A DNA stretch of 64,000 nt from Nitrososphaeraceae archaeon (GCA_035250975.1 DATFEP010000012.1:1-64000); one strand, 5' to 3'. Positions 1 through 10,948 are shown, counted from the stretch's first letter. The notes: generated by a model from the letters alone, not told the origin. Numbers and translations are program-made.

Positions 1-505
1 TAGTTATATTCCTCATTTGATATTGAACCTTATTCGTTAGCACCTACTGCTCGGCCTTGAAACTAGCCATGATGAAAAATTTATAGACTATGGGAGCTTT
101 ATTGACACTGGTGTAAGATTACATCTCTCCAAACCAGATAAACTGTAAAGGATCCAGAAGAGATATTATAAGAAGATTAAATTTTTTGGCCAGCTTTGCA
201 ATAGTGAGCATTCATAGTTTCATTATATATAAAAGTTGTTGAGATCATCCCGAGAATAAAAAGTACTTTACATTTAAAATAAGTGATTTTTCATGATCGT
301 CACCTGATTTTGGTGATTTACGTTTAAATGTAAATATGAAATATTATTAAACTCATTATTTTACTCAAAAAAATTTAATTAGCGAGATTTAATATCAAAT
401 TTCTAACTTCAAATGATTTTTATATTGTAAATTGAGTGATACATATTTAGATTTCTTGTAATTTCCTTCAACTTTAACAGTTTCAAGCAAAAAAAGACTA
501 CGTAA

Positions 506-529
506 TATAAACATTCGTATAAACATTCG
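506..529 (+). repeat. 12-bp perfect tandem repeat (TATAAACATTCG x2) in the asnB-like promoter region
   Basis: Read directly at 506-517 and 518-529, just upstream of a TATA-like GATATAAAAA. Confidence 0.85.
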
Positions 530-580
530 TCAGTAAGATATAAAAACAGTTATTTACTATTATAAAGTATATAATTTATT

Positions 581-2269
581 ATGTGTGGAATTGCAGGTGT
601 AATAAGTAAGGAATCAACTGATGTGGTTCCTTTTATCAAATCTATGATGATGTGTATGAAAAATAGAGGCCCAGATGGTGCAGGTCTCTCTATAGATAAA
701 GAAATTTACAAGTCAAATTCACTCGAAAATTTATCTTTTGATAATACATCTTCAGACATGGTTTTAGGTCATGTCAGATTAGCTATAGTCGGCGGTACTT
801 GTGGTTCACAGCCTTTTAGAAGCTGTGACAATAGATTATTGTTGGAACACAATGGTGAAATATATAACTACAAAGAACTTAGACAAGAATTAATAAAACG
901 CCATAAATTTTCCTCAGACACTGACAGTGAAGTAGTAGTACATTTGTTGGAAGATAATTATAATAGAAATAATTGTACAGATCTTTTAAAGGCAATTAAA
1001 GATACGATGGAGCAGCTAGACGGAGTATATGTCTTTGCGATTAAGGATCAGCAAACTGGTAATGTATATTTGGTCAGAGATAGACTTGGAATAAGACAAA
1101 TTTACTATGGAGAGAACAAAGAGATCATAGGATTTGCTTCTGAAAGAAAGGCGTTGTGGGAGATAGGATTAAAAGAACCTACCTACTCGTTATTGCCAGG
1201 CCATTGTGTGATCATTTCCAAAAACATATCAAAGCCATTCAAAATGCTTGATCCTCCTGTCAGTCAGAGCCAGTTATACAATACAATGGAAGACTCAATT
1301 GACATATACAAAAAAGTTTTATTAAATTCTATTAAAAAAAGAACGCAGGACCAGAAAAAAATTGGTGTTATTTTCTCTGGAGGAATTGATAGTGTTTTAA
1401 TAGCACATATAATAAAAGATTTTGTTCCAGAAGTTACCTGTTATACTACTGGAGTAAAAGGATCTTTAGACCTTGAATTTGTCAAATCAATCGGAGAAGA
1501 ATTAGACCTGAATTTGCGTACAAAAGAATTAGATTACGATTATGTTGAAAAACATCTTCCAGATATAATCAACATCATAGAAACAAATAATCTTACACAG
1601 GTAGAAACCGCAATACCCATTTTTGCTGCAGTGCAGATGGCAGCTAGTGATAATCAACGAATATTATTTTCAGGTCAAGGAGCAGATGAACTATTTGGCG
1701 GCTATCCGTGGTATAGAAATGTCGTTGCTAAGGAAGGGTACGATAGATTACGAGAACATATGACTCAAGACCTACTTTTACTTTACAAAGAAACCTTGGA
1801 GAGAGAAGATAAAATTTCAATGGCATTTAGCATTGAGAGCCGAGTACCTTTTCTAGATCCAAAGGTTGTAAGAGCATCTACTTCAATAGATATGAAATTA
1901 AATATCAACGATGATAACGACATTTTTGGAAAACGTGTTCATAGAGAATTAGCATTAAGACTAGGAATACCACACCATATTGCCTACAGAGAAAAACTAG
2001 CTGCACAACATGGATCTGGGATCCACGATTTTTTGAAAAAAATCGCGAATAAAAATTTTTATACCAAAGATATGGTTACCAAAACTTATATTGATAAACT
2101 GGATTTGAGGGAAAAACTTGGAAGTTCTGACAGATATGGTTATTTATATGGTAGTCAAGAATTATGGAAAACAGACCCGACAGTTCAGATGTATCTAGAC
2201 AATATTTTTTGTAGTTATAACAAAAAATATCTAAACCAGATTATTTGTAGCTATAATAAAAAAAAATAA
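581..2269 (+). CDS. asnB: Asparagine synthase (glutamine-hydrolysing) family amidotransferase
   Basis: N-terminal MCGIAG (Ntn Cys), RGPD, HNGEIYN, SGGIDS PP-loop, SGQGADELFGGY, ESRVPFLD. Confidence 0.88.
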   Translation: MCGIAGVISKESTDVVPFIKSMMMCMKNRGPDGAGLSIDKEIYKSNSLENLSFDNTSSDMVLGHVRLAIVGGTCGSQPFRSCDNRLLLEHNGEIYNYKELRQELIKRHKFSSDTDSEVVVHLLEDNYNRNNCTDLLKAIKDTMEQLDGVYVFAIKDQQTGNVYLVRDRLGIRQIYYGENKEIIGFASERKALWEIGLKEPTYSLLPGHCVIISKNISKPFKMLDPPVSQSQLYNTMEDSIDIYKKVLLNSIKKRTQDQKKIGVIFSGGIDSVLIAHIIKDFVPEVTCYTTGVKGSLDLEFVKSIGEELDLNLRTKELDYDYVEKHLPDIINIIETNNLTQVETAIPIFAAVQMAASDNQRILFSGQGADELFGGYPWYRNVVAKEGYDRLREHMTQDLLLLYKETLEREDKISMAFSIESRVPFLDPKVVRASTSIDMKLNINDDNDIFGKRVHRELALRLGIPHHIAYREKLAAQHGSGIHDFLKKIANKNFYTKDMVTKTYIDKLDLREKLGSSDRYGYLYGSQELWKTDPTVQMYLDNIFCSYNKKYLNQIICSYNKKK

Positions 2270-2373
2270 TTTGAAGTAGTCAAGAAAAAATGTTTTAGCA
2301 ATAAAGCTATCATTTAGAATATTTAAATTACAATTAAATATCAATACCGTACGTTGATACAAGATAAAAGATA

Positions 2374-3033
2374 ATGTCTCAAATGGATCTCTACCCCAGT
2401 GCAAATATAGCATTGCTAGTAATAGATGTTCAAAATGGATTTGTTAGCGACGGCGGTTCTTATGATTTACTTGGTATGAATGTATCTAATTACCAAAAAG
2501 TAGTACCAAAGATAAAAGAGTTGATTGACTTGTGTCGAAAATTTAAAATTCCAATCTTTTATACTCAAGCTGTTAGAGAAGCTTCAGGCATAGATCTTTT
2601 GACAAAAACTCATCGTATTTTACCAGTATCCAGGGAAGAAAGAATCAAAAAAAGGCCGATATGTGTACGTGGTACATGGGATTCAAAGATAGTGGAAGAA
2701 ATAAAACCCACCGCAAAGGACCATATAATAATTAAAAGGAGAGATTCAGCTTTTCAGGATACTGAGACTGAAGTATGGCTAAGAAGTATTGGCATTGACA
2801 CATTGATTTTTTGCGGAATAGATACCTCAATATGTGTTGAGACATCCTTAAGAGATGGATTCAACAGAGGATATGATATTATACTAATTTCTGATGCTAC
2901 AGCATCATCAAACGTTCAACATTACAAAACAACAATAGAACATGTCAAGGAATATTATGGCATGATTCTGACTATTGACGAATTGAGACAGATATTTGAG
3001 ACACGGATAATGATAAAGTCAACAATAAAGTAG
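2374..3033 (+). CDS. Isochorismatase-family cysteine hydrolase, RutB-like
   Basis: Asp-Lys-Cys triad motifs VIDVQNGF, IIKRRDSAF, GIDTSICVETSLRDGF; GGSYDLLGMNVS resembles RutB GGYLDLAGFDVS. Confidence 0.88.
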   Translation: MSQMDLYPSANIALLVIDVQNGFVSDGGSYDLLGMNVSNYQKVVPKIKELIDLCRKFKIPIFYTQAVREASGIDLLTKTHRILPVSREERIKKRPICVRGTWDSKIVEEIKPTAKDHIIIKRRDSAFQDTETEVWLRSIGIDTLIFCGIDTSICVETSLRDGFNRGYDIILISDATASSNVQHYKTTIEHVKEYYGMILTIDELRQIFETRIMIKSTIK

Positions 3034-3656
3034 AAGGTATCTAAATTTTCGAATGATTATAAGTAAAGGATGTTTCTAATAAAATAGATCATGTTAATCG
3101 AATGAGAAACCGCCTGATAAATAAACCGAATTTAATTTATAATTGTGTTATGATATTCAAGGATAAATAACTTGTCAATTGTATAAATAGTACAATTGAT
3201 GATAACTAACAGCAATTTAGAAGCTATCTGACCCACGCATAGTAACAAATCCATCTATAAAATACTAATATCAAAAAAATTTACGGTATTCAAATATCGC
3301 AAAAATTTTAAAAAAATTCAAATTTATGGAAAAATATCGACATCAAACATTTTTATCAAAACATATAAGAATATACAAAATGTCATAATTCTTTTATGAC
3401 CTAAAACCATTAGATTATTCTTCATACTTTGTTTTTGCAACTATGAAAATCGATCATATGGTATATAATTTTGACATGAACATAAGAATTGGTCTATATA
3501 GAGGTGGATTTTCATGGATGTGAACTTTACGCAATTTTCTAAGGAAAAATAGAATTTGGCTAAAATAGAATGTAGAATATAATTAAAATACTTGTTATTT
3601 ATTTCTTCATTCCTAAATTAACAGAGCCTCTAAGACTATTAGATGTTGAATATATT

Positions 3657-4796
3657 TTATTCATTATATACTATTTTTCCTTCTGCGATTACAGTTTTAG
3701 GGTAACTAGACATCAAAAATGGATCGCCATTCCATAAAGTCAGAGATGCAGTATATCCGGGTGAAATATGACCTAATTTTTTTGCTTCAATTATTTCCGC
3801 TGGTTCTCTAGTGATCTTTGAAATAGCCTCTGACCTAGATAAACCGAAGCGAAGTAAATGTCTCAAGCCATAGAAGAGATTTCTTTGTAGTATTACAGGA
3901 TGATCGCTCATTAAAGCGAATTTTGCTTTAGACTTGATTAACTTCTCAACATTCCTCCAACTTTCGTGTTTCAATTCTACTTTATAAGGAAAAGAATCCA
4001 AGGGTCCATAAATTATCGGGATTGAGAAGGATCGAAGCATAGAAAATACACTTTCATTATATACATCACATAAATGATTTGCAATCGCTTTTATTTTAAA
4101 CTCATTAACTAAATCCAACAAGATCATGATATCATCCTCTTTATGTACATGTACCATCAACTTATTTTTACCAGAAAGAATATCGATGAAAATTTCTGTT
4201 AATGGCTCTAACTCTTCTCGAACCTTTTTTTTCATTTTTACAAGTTTGGTAGCTTTTTGGGCTTTTAACAGGTAATCTCTAAGTAATGCGATTGAACCCA
4301 TCCTAGTTGATGGTCTGTTGCCTTTCCATTTTTCTGTACTCCTTGGATTATACCCTAAGGCGGTTTTCACTCCAACGTCAGAAATAAATGCATCTTTAAT
4401 ATTGGATACATAATTTTTTAGGAGCACTGCTTTTCCTCCTATTATATTTCCACTTCCGGGTAAAACTACAGAATAAAGAATTCCGGATTCAACTGATTCT
4501 TTGAATGACGGATCATCCATATAGACACTATGTAAAGCATTTACGAGCGGAAATACAGAATCCAAATGTTCATTAGATTCTTCCTCATCAGATGGTTCTC
4601 CAGATCGAACCATTCCAATATGACTATGTGCATCAATAAATGAAGGAGTAAGGGCTCCACATTCATATATTATTTCATGTCTTCCAGGTGGCTTTTCTTT
4701 ACCGACGTACTTTATGTTATTCTTTTCTATTCCAACAAAAGAGTCTTTTTGTTCACTTACACCGTCAAAAAGGATCTTGGTTTTAATTAATTCCAT
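3657..4796 (-). CDS. Metal-dependent amidohydrolase (imidazolonepropionase-like family)
   Basis: PSFIDAHSH (HxH), HVH, SDHP, C-terminal G-x-I-x-PG-x-x-A-x-L. Confidence 0.88.
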   Translation of the reverse strand: MELIKTKILFDGVSEQKDSFVGIEKNNIKYVGKEKPPGRHEIIYECGALTPSFIDAHSHIGMVRSGEPSDEEESNEHLDSVFPLVNALHSVYMDDPSFKESVESGILYSVVLPGSGNIIGGKAVLLKNYVSNIKDAFISDVGVKTALGYNPRSTEKWKGNRPSTRMGSIALLRDYLLKAQKATKLVKMKKKVREELEPLTEIFIDILSGKNKLMVHVHKEDDIMILLDLVNEFKIKAIANHLCDVYNESVFSMLRSFSIPIIYGPLDSFPYKVELKHESWRNVEKLIKSKAKFALMSDHPVILQRNLFYGLRHLLRFGLSRSEAISKITREPAEIIEAKKLGHISPGYTASLTLWNGDPFLMSSYPKTVIAEGKIVYNE

Positions 4797-5778
4797 TCTA
4801 TTATATTATTTAAGAATAGAGATATTTAATTATAAGATAAATTGAGATATGAAATGCATAAATTTAGTGAAAATTCAGAACAATGTTTCAATTAATTAGT
4901 GTGTCCTATCCAAAGATATTAAAGTACACATATTGAAATTATAGAGTAGGAGAATTTTATGAATTAACCTTTGTAGGCTATTTATTGTTGCAGTAACACC
5001 TCTAATAACACGGATATGTCAGCTTTATGGCTAGCTTCTCTATTTATGAGATTTCAAGCAGTTACTAGCACATACTGTTAATTGACATTGCAATAAAAAA
5101 CACACTATGAGACTCTAGATTATTTTATTTAGTCAGATAGTATTTAGCCAACAAAGAAAATTTTAAATTTATACAATTTCAACACAAATGTTCAGAAAAT
5201 ATTAATCAGGTTTTATATCAAAAAAATCTGCCTTCGAGAGAAAGCAAATCTAAATTTAACTTAAAGTCAAAATTTAAGAGTTTATTGGAACCAATTGAAG
5301 ATGGTATAGATATGAGAATCTATTATGCGGCAAATTATATAGGTTAGCTGCACAGCACAAACAATCAGAAAGTTTTTTTTGGACGGTTCTCAATCAAATA
5401 GAGCATCAGTTCTTAGCACTGTCTTCTGTTCTTGCCAGTGTTTAAAATTACCTCCAATCTCAGAAAATTCTGTTTCTTTGATTAACGATCAGTTAGAAGA
5501 GTTTGGAAACGCGAAATAACGATAGAAAGATGTCGGGTGATATTTGCATATTATCACTTGGTTTTAATGAAGTACGGAATCTTTCAAATTCTTTTAAGAT
5601 AAAAGATCAAACCCAAAATATTAGACATCTTCATTACCTGATATGAATATCACATTTGTGTTTCGAACCTTGTCAGGACGGTTTTTGTCCTTCTACTACT
5701 TATAGAACAGATATATTTTATATTTTTAAAAACGGATAAAGAGTTAACTACAAGATATACGTATAATAAATATCTGAA

Positions 5779-6045
5779 ATGAGTGATTTTGCATTTTTTA
5801 GATTTATGAGTTATAAGTTGTTGACACAGGAAGAACAAGAAAATAAAGAAGAGATATTAAATTTAACTGAAGAGGTTTTAGATTCTAAAGGACTAGAATG
5901 TGATTCAAGAATCAGTAAACTATCTAAAGAGGAAATTGAGGAAATCCTCAAAGAAGTTAGAAAAAAACGCATGAAGAGAAAGCAATCTAAAGATACTGAA
6001 GAGATAGAAACTGCATCATACCAGGAAGTTACTACATATAAATAA
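5779..6045 (+). CDS. Hypothetical charged helical protein (start may be the second Met, 5806)
   Basis: 88-aa ORF with E/K-rich composition, TATA-like TATAATAAATAT upstream, co-oriented with the next gene. Confidence 0.6.
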   Translation: MSDFAFFRFMSYKLLTQEEQENKEEILNLTEEVLDSKGLECDSRISKLSKEEIEEILKEVRKKRMKRKQSKDTEEIETASYQEVTTYK

Positions 6046-6073
6046 GATATAAAAATATATCAATACTATAACA

Positions 6074-6391
6074 ATGAGTAACAACTCCCAAACTCCATTG
6101 TGGCCTTTACTAACTGGCGTAGCTACTTTATCAATGAGTGCTATCCTATTTATACTAAAATCGGGAATATTGGTAGCCGTACTGTTTCTCTTACTTGGTT
6201 CATCTCTCATGTTATCATGGTACTATTTCTACAATAAAAATAAGTATACTTCAAAGAAAAAAGGTTCTGAATGTGTATGTACAATTTGTGGCCATAATGA
6301 CTCTGAAATTTGTCTCCAGAATAAATGTGCATGTTGTATTGTTATGAAAAATGACAAAATTATTGGTCATACGAACAATCCTCTACAATGA
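6074..6391 (+). CDS. Two-TM membrane protein with a Cys-rich C-terminal metal-binding motif
   Basis: Two hydrophobic helices, then CVCTICGH...C...KCACC. Confidence 0.7.
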   Translation: MSNNSQTPLWPLLTGVATLSMSAILFILKSGILVAVLFLLLGSSLMLSWYYFYNKNKYTSKKKGSECVCTICGHNDSEICLQNKCACCIVMKNDKIIGHTNNPLQ

Positions 6392-6725
6392 AGAATTGAA
6401 AGTATTCTGTATAATTATTTCGTTGGTCTGCAAGGGAAGAAAACTTCCAGTTTGGTAAAATGGAAGATTTGAAAAGATAGTATTTTCAGAGGGTTTTTTC
6501 TGTTTCTATCAAGCAAATGTTAAGGATGTAGGTAACTATTGTTATACATCTACATGATCCAATCTCTTTGATTTTAGAACTAGTTCTCTTATTTTTGGTA
6601 TATTGGTTATATTCTACTTTTTTAATGCAGAAGTAATTTTAAAAAATACACAGAAATCATCTGACAATCATGATAATACATATATAGTAACAAAAAATAG
6701 ATTTATGTATGAAGAGCAATATAGA

Positions 6726-7088
6726 TCATCTGTATTTTCCTGACGTAGTTTGATTAATTTTTCTATCATATGCTTCTATTATTTTTTCTAATGCAGTTTC
6801 TTCCTCTCTAACTGCTTCTAGAAACTCATTATGGTAATCAACTTGATTCATCATCTGCGATATTCTTATAAAATCTTTATTATGTTGATATTCCAAGTCT
6901 GAAACAGATCTTATAGAGGATTTATCTAGCGCTGATCGAACTAATGCGATTTGAATTAGTAATCTATTATAGCGACTGATCGCAAAATATCTACGAAAAA
7001 CATCAATTCTATTTTTCCTACCCATATCTCCTAGTTCGGCCAGAGTTGGAAAATCAAATTCCAATAGTTTCTGACTCATTAATAACAA
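6726..7088 (-). CDS. Hypothetical alpha-helical protein
   Basis: 120-aa ORF with protein-like composition; no motif recognised. Confidence 0.7.
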   Translation of the reverse strand: MLLMSQKLLEFDFPTLAELGDMGRKNRIDVFRRYFAISRYNRLLIQIALVRSALDKSSIRSVSDLEYQHNKDFIRISQMMNQVDYHNEFLEAVREEETALEKIIEAYDRKINQTTSGKYR

Positions 7089-7217
7089 AGTATTGTGTAA
7101 ATGTTTCTTAAAGTTTTTCCAATTAATTTTGGTATAAATTTTTGAAAAAGGATTTTAATAATTAAAAGATACACGAAAGAATTTATGGTCATTGTAATGG
7201 ATCGATATGACGTAAAA

Positions 7218-8714
7218 TTAAATAGATTTGACATGTTTAATAATTCCCTTTTTAATCAAAAATATTAACATCAGCGGTATCAAAGACAGCATAACAGCTG
7301 TAAAAAATATTAGATCATATGCTTGTAAAGATGGATATATCCCAATTTCTTCCATCTTAACCAAAAAATTTTGTAGAAAAGATGCAGAAATTGCTGGACC
7401 TATTGACATACCTACAATAAATAGCAATGAAGTCACCCCAACAGAAATATCAGAGAATTTCTTTGGAGTATATGTAGTAATTATATTAAATCCACCCACC
7501 TGCATCAAAGAGATTCCAACTCCTACAATAACTAAACTTGACCCTATCGATATTTCTGAATCATGAAATAGCAAAATAGAAAAGAATCCTATAAATCCAA
7601 TAATACTACCTAGAATAGTAGGTTTTATGTTTCCCCATCTAGAAACTATAAATCCAGATAAAGTGGATATAATAAAAAGAGAGATCATAAAAGGAAGTTG
7701 TATCTGTACAACTGTAATCGCATTACCGTGAAAGCCAACTGGCTCTGGATTCTGAACTAGAATTGGTAACATTTGATAGATCATAAATGTTGTCAATCCA
7801 GAGATCATCAAAAAAATATTAGTATAGACAACTATCTTGTCTTTGAAAATTTTTAATGGTATAATAGGATAATTCGTCTTACTTTCAAACCAAATAAATA
7901 AAATAAAAGAGGAAATCGCTAGCAAGATAAATGTAGGTACAATAATAGAGTAAGAACTGAAACTTTCTTTTTCCAGACTTGTTAAAATAATTAAAAAGGA
8001 GGAAATCAAAATAGCAAGTGAAATAGTTCCCCTCAAGTCTAAAAGTGTCAGATATGAATCCTTAATCTTACTGATACGATTAAATTCATTTTTCGTTTTA
8101 TCATTATTATTAATTGCATCATTTTGATCTACTATCAATATTGGTTTGTGTAGCGTCTCTTTCACATCCATTTTTTTATAGATAAAAAGAACGATAAAAA
8201 TAACGAAAGGGATAATCGTAAAGAATATTGTTTGCCAGCCAAAAAGCTCTATGATAAACCCTCCAATTACTAAACCTATCACTGATCCTGATGAAAAAAG
8301 AGCAATGATTATTCCTTGACCAATAGCAAGTTTATCTTGAGGGAAGACGTTTTGAATAATACTAAAGGCAATGGGAAATATCGCCAAACTCAATCCTTGA
8401 ATAATTCTTGAAATTATCAGGAAAACCATATTTGGTGAAAATCCAGCAGAAAGCGTTCCAATAATATATAACATAATAAGTAACAAGAGAACCTTTTTCC
8501 TTCCATAAATAATTGATAATTTTGCTGCGATAGGAGTCATTACAGCACCAGATATCAGAAAGGAGCTCAATATCCATGAAGAATTTGAATATGTTAAACC
8601 GAAATCCTCGATAATATCAGGGATTGCAGGGATAATCATAGTTTCACTCGCTGTAGAGATTAAATCAATTGAACCTAGAATGAATAAAGTTATCCAAGCT
8701 GACCTTGGAATCAT
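7218..8714 (-). CDS. MFS transporter, DHA2 (14-TM) drug:H+ antiporter-like
   Basis: Many TM segments, motif A-like AKLSIIYGRKK, RIIQG, GLVIGG; start moved to ATG 8714 (MIPRSAW). Confidence 0.88.
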   Translation of the reverse strand: MIPRSAWITLFILGSIDLISTASETMIIPAIPDIIEDFGLTYSNSSWILSSFLISGAVMTPIAAKLSIIYGRKKVLLLLIMLYIIGTLSAGFSPNMVFLIISRIIQGLSLAIFPIAFSIIQNVFPQDKLAIGQGIIIALFSSGSVIGLVIGGFIIELFGWQTIFFTIIPFVIFIVLFIYKKMDVKETLHKPILIVDQNDAINNNDKTKNEFNRISKIKDSYLTLLDLRGTISLAILISSFLIILTSLEKESFSSYSIIVPTFILLAISSFILFIWFESKTNYPIIPLKIFKDKIVVYTNIFLMISGLTTFMIYQMLPILVQNPEPVGFHGNAITVVQIQLPFMISLFIISTLSGFIVSRWGNIKPTILGSIIGFIGFFSILLFHDSEISIGSSLVIVGVGISLMQVGGFNIITTYTPKKFSDISVGVTSLLFIVGMSIGPAISASFLQNFLVKMEEIGIYPSLQAYDLIFFTAVMLSLIPLMLIFLIKKGIIKHVKSI

Positions 8715-9045
8715 GTTATTAGAGCCATTTTTTTTAAAATTTGATATACCATAATTGGCAGGGTTATCATCTTCCAATATTCTATAGTGATAAATCAAAT
8801 ATTTAAATGATGGAATTTTTTTTCTCACATCATTATGGATCCCACATTATTTATGAAAGTCAGATAATATTTATAATAATTGTTAGCAATTATCGTGTAA
8901 ACAGAATTTGAAAATTTTGTTCCAAATTTATACGGTTAATATATTTTAAAAAAATAGATTGATTCTTATTATTTTGTTATATAAAAATATTGGTATAACA
9001 AAAATTTAAAAAATAAATTAACGAAGCGTAATTGATATAACATAA

Positions 9046-9639
9046 CTAGAGAATAAAAACTGCAGCACTTAATACTGTAGTCCATAGTCCATCCTTATGA
9101 CCTTCTGCAGATTGGGTATAATTTTGTGTCTTATAAATTCTTCCGGACAATCGCCACTGTTCTTCTTTTTCATCCCATTTTAGGGATTGATCATTTGGAA
9201 GACCCATAGTTGTAGCTAACATTTCCATTGCCATATCTTCTGCATAATCACCAGCTTTTTGACCTGTTTCGCCCGTAGAATGGTGTTCTGATAAATATCC
9301 ATATTTTCCCTCTTCTTTTGGATTTGCAAGGCCAACTGAAGCTGCGATAAGTCTATTTGGTTCGTTAGTAGAAGATCGAGCCATGACAGCAAAAGAAATT
9401 TGTCCTGACAAAAGATACTTTCTTCCTTCCTGAATACTAATAATCTTACATTTAGGAGGTTTGATACTGGAAACTGTGACAAGATTAAGATCAGAAATTT
9501 TTGCATCGCGTAACGCGAGCTCGAAACTGGTCAATTGATCTTTATGAATTCCCTTACCTTTTGTGAAGAACATTGCCTTAGGAAGGTAATTAAACTGATT
9601 GGAAACTTGATTAGATATGGAGGAAGCTTTTTTAGTCAT
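9046..9639 (-). CDS. pdaD: Pyruvoyl-dependent arginine decarboxylase
   Basis: SFELALRDA, NLVTVSSIKPP (Ser-Ser self-cleavage site), YGYLSEHH. Confidence 0.92.
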   Translation of the reverse strand: MTKKASSISNQVSNQFNYLPKAMFFTKGKGIHKDQLTSFELALRDAKISDLNLVTVSSIKPPKCKIISIQEGRKYLLSGQISFAVMARSSTNEPNRLIAASVGLANPKEEGKYGYLSEHHSTGETGQKAGDYAEDMAMEMLATTMGLPNDQSLKWDEKEEQWRLSGRIYKTQNYTQSAEGHKDGLWTTVLSAAVFIL

Positions 9640-10185
9640 TTTTGTGTAATGTTAAAATATGTTATATTAAGATTATTAATTCTTAGTGATTTAGAGTAAT
9701 ACAGTAGATTTAGTTATATAACAAAAGTATAGAACACATATAAAATATAACAATGATTTTTAAAAGTGTTATTGAATAAATGGAACCATAATTTTTGCAT
9801 GATTTTAATTAAAAACTTTCACAAATTTCGAGTTCAACAATGGAGCTTTTCGCTTATTTTTCAATTTCCTTTTCCTATCCTAGCCGTTTTTTGAAACATT
9901 TTTTATTAATTTTGTTCTTTAAATTTCTAGTTTTATTCATAGCCTTTCTTTTTTTATATATGACAATTTAGTATTTAATGCAAGAAATTACTTCTCTATC
10001 TTTTGTAATTCAATATGCCAGTTATATATTAGGCCAAAATGAAATAACATCTCCTCTCTTTAGAAGAGATTTCTGCAGTTATTATGATTTATGTCTATAA
10101 TATGTTAGCTAAATGTGTGGGGAATAGTGAGATATGTAGCAATACATATTTTTAAGATAAAACAGTCAATTTAATGATTCAACAT

Positions 10186-10788
10186 CTAAACTAGTTGTGC
10201 ATTACCGAATAGAACAGAAAATGCCTTGCACCAAATTAAAACATTATTATATTTTGACAGATCAATGTCAACAGGAACTTGATAATTTTGATTGCCAATA
10301 TTTCCTTTTAGTCTACCTAAATCCATAAAATTGGAAGCCGTCTTATCAGATGACAAATATACGTGTAGATCAGGACCGTTAGTTGATTTGAAATTTTCCA
10401 ACCTTAATACTTTTGATCCATCAACAAGTGTAAGAATTTTTGCTATCCCACCCACATTATGAATACCATCACCAACCCCAATAAAGGTTCCTTCTAGATT
10501 TCTGGTAAACGATAAATTGTCCATAAATTTAGACATTTCTTCATTGATTTCTTTGTTGGTTTCCTTAGCTCCAATCATAAGAATATTTTTTTCTCTGTCT
10601 GTCATCTCCGAAGCGATATTACTACGTTCAACATCATCTAATGATTGAAATTTATAATAGGCATCAATCGCAAGGTTATCTGGTATCTGTTCTTCAACTT
10701 TCTTGCTTGTAAAAAGTGGAGATAACGTGTATAAGCTAACAGCTATACCAACAATTACGATCAATCCTATAATCCATTTTATTCGCAT
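10186..10788 (-). CDS. Membrane-anchored DM13 domain protein
   Basis: N-terminal TM/signal; LRLENF, NGPDLHVYLS, LKGNIGNQNY, IWCKAFSVLFG. Confidence 0.9.
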   Translation of the reverse strand: MRIKWIIGLIVIVGIAVSLYTLSPLFTSKKVEEQIPDNLAIDAYYKFQSLDDVERSNIASEMTDREKNILMIGAKETNKEINEEMSKFMDNLSFTRNLEGTFIGVGDGIHNVGGIAKILTLVDGSKVLRLENFKSTNGPDLHVYLSSDKTASNFMDLGRLKGNIGNQNYQVPVDIDLSKYNNVLIWCKAFSVLFGNAQLV

Positions 10789-10948
10789 AGGTAATTCATA
10801 TATTCAGAATTGAATATATAAAATGATAAAATTTGAATTATAAATTATACTTTTAATCTATAATTGTGTCAGAGAAAAATTTATCTGCTAAAATTGTAGA
10901 ATTATAAAAATTAGAAATGCTCATATACTATTATAGCCTATCAGGCCT

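Noticed and set aside
1-240. Possible gene end or fragment at the window edge (LGLETSHDEKFIDYG...)
   Set aside because: The frames I examined contain stops and no family could be recognised
7228-8577. Short ORFs 7228-7566 and 8362-8577
   Set aside because: Antisense or alternate-frame shadows of the MFS gene
9790-9945. Short Lys-rich minus-strand frame with internal stops
   Set aside because: Too short and low-complexity to call a gene or pseudogene
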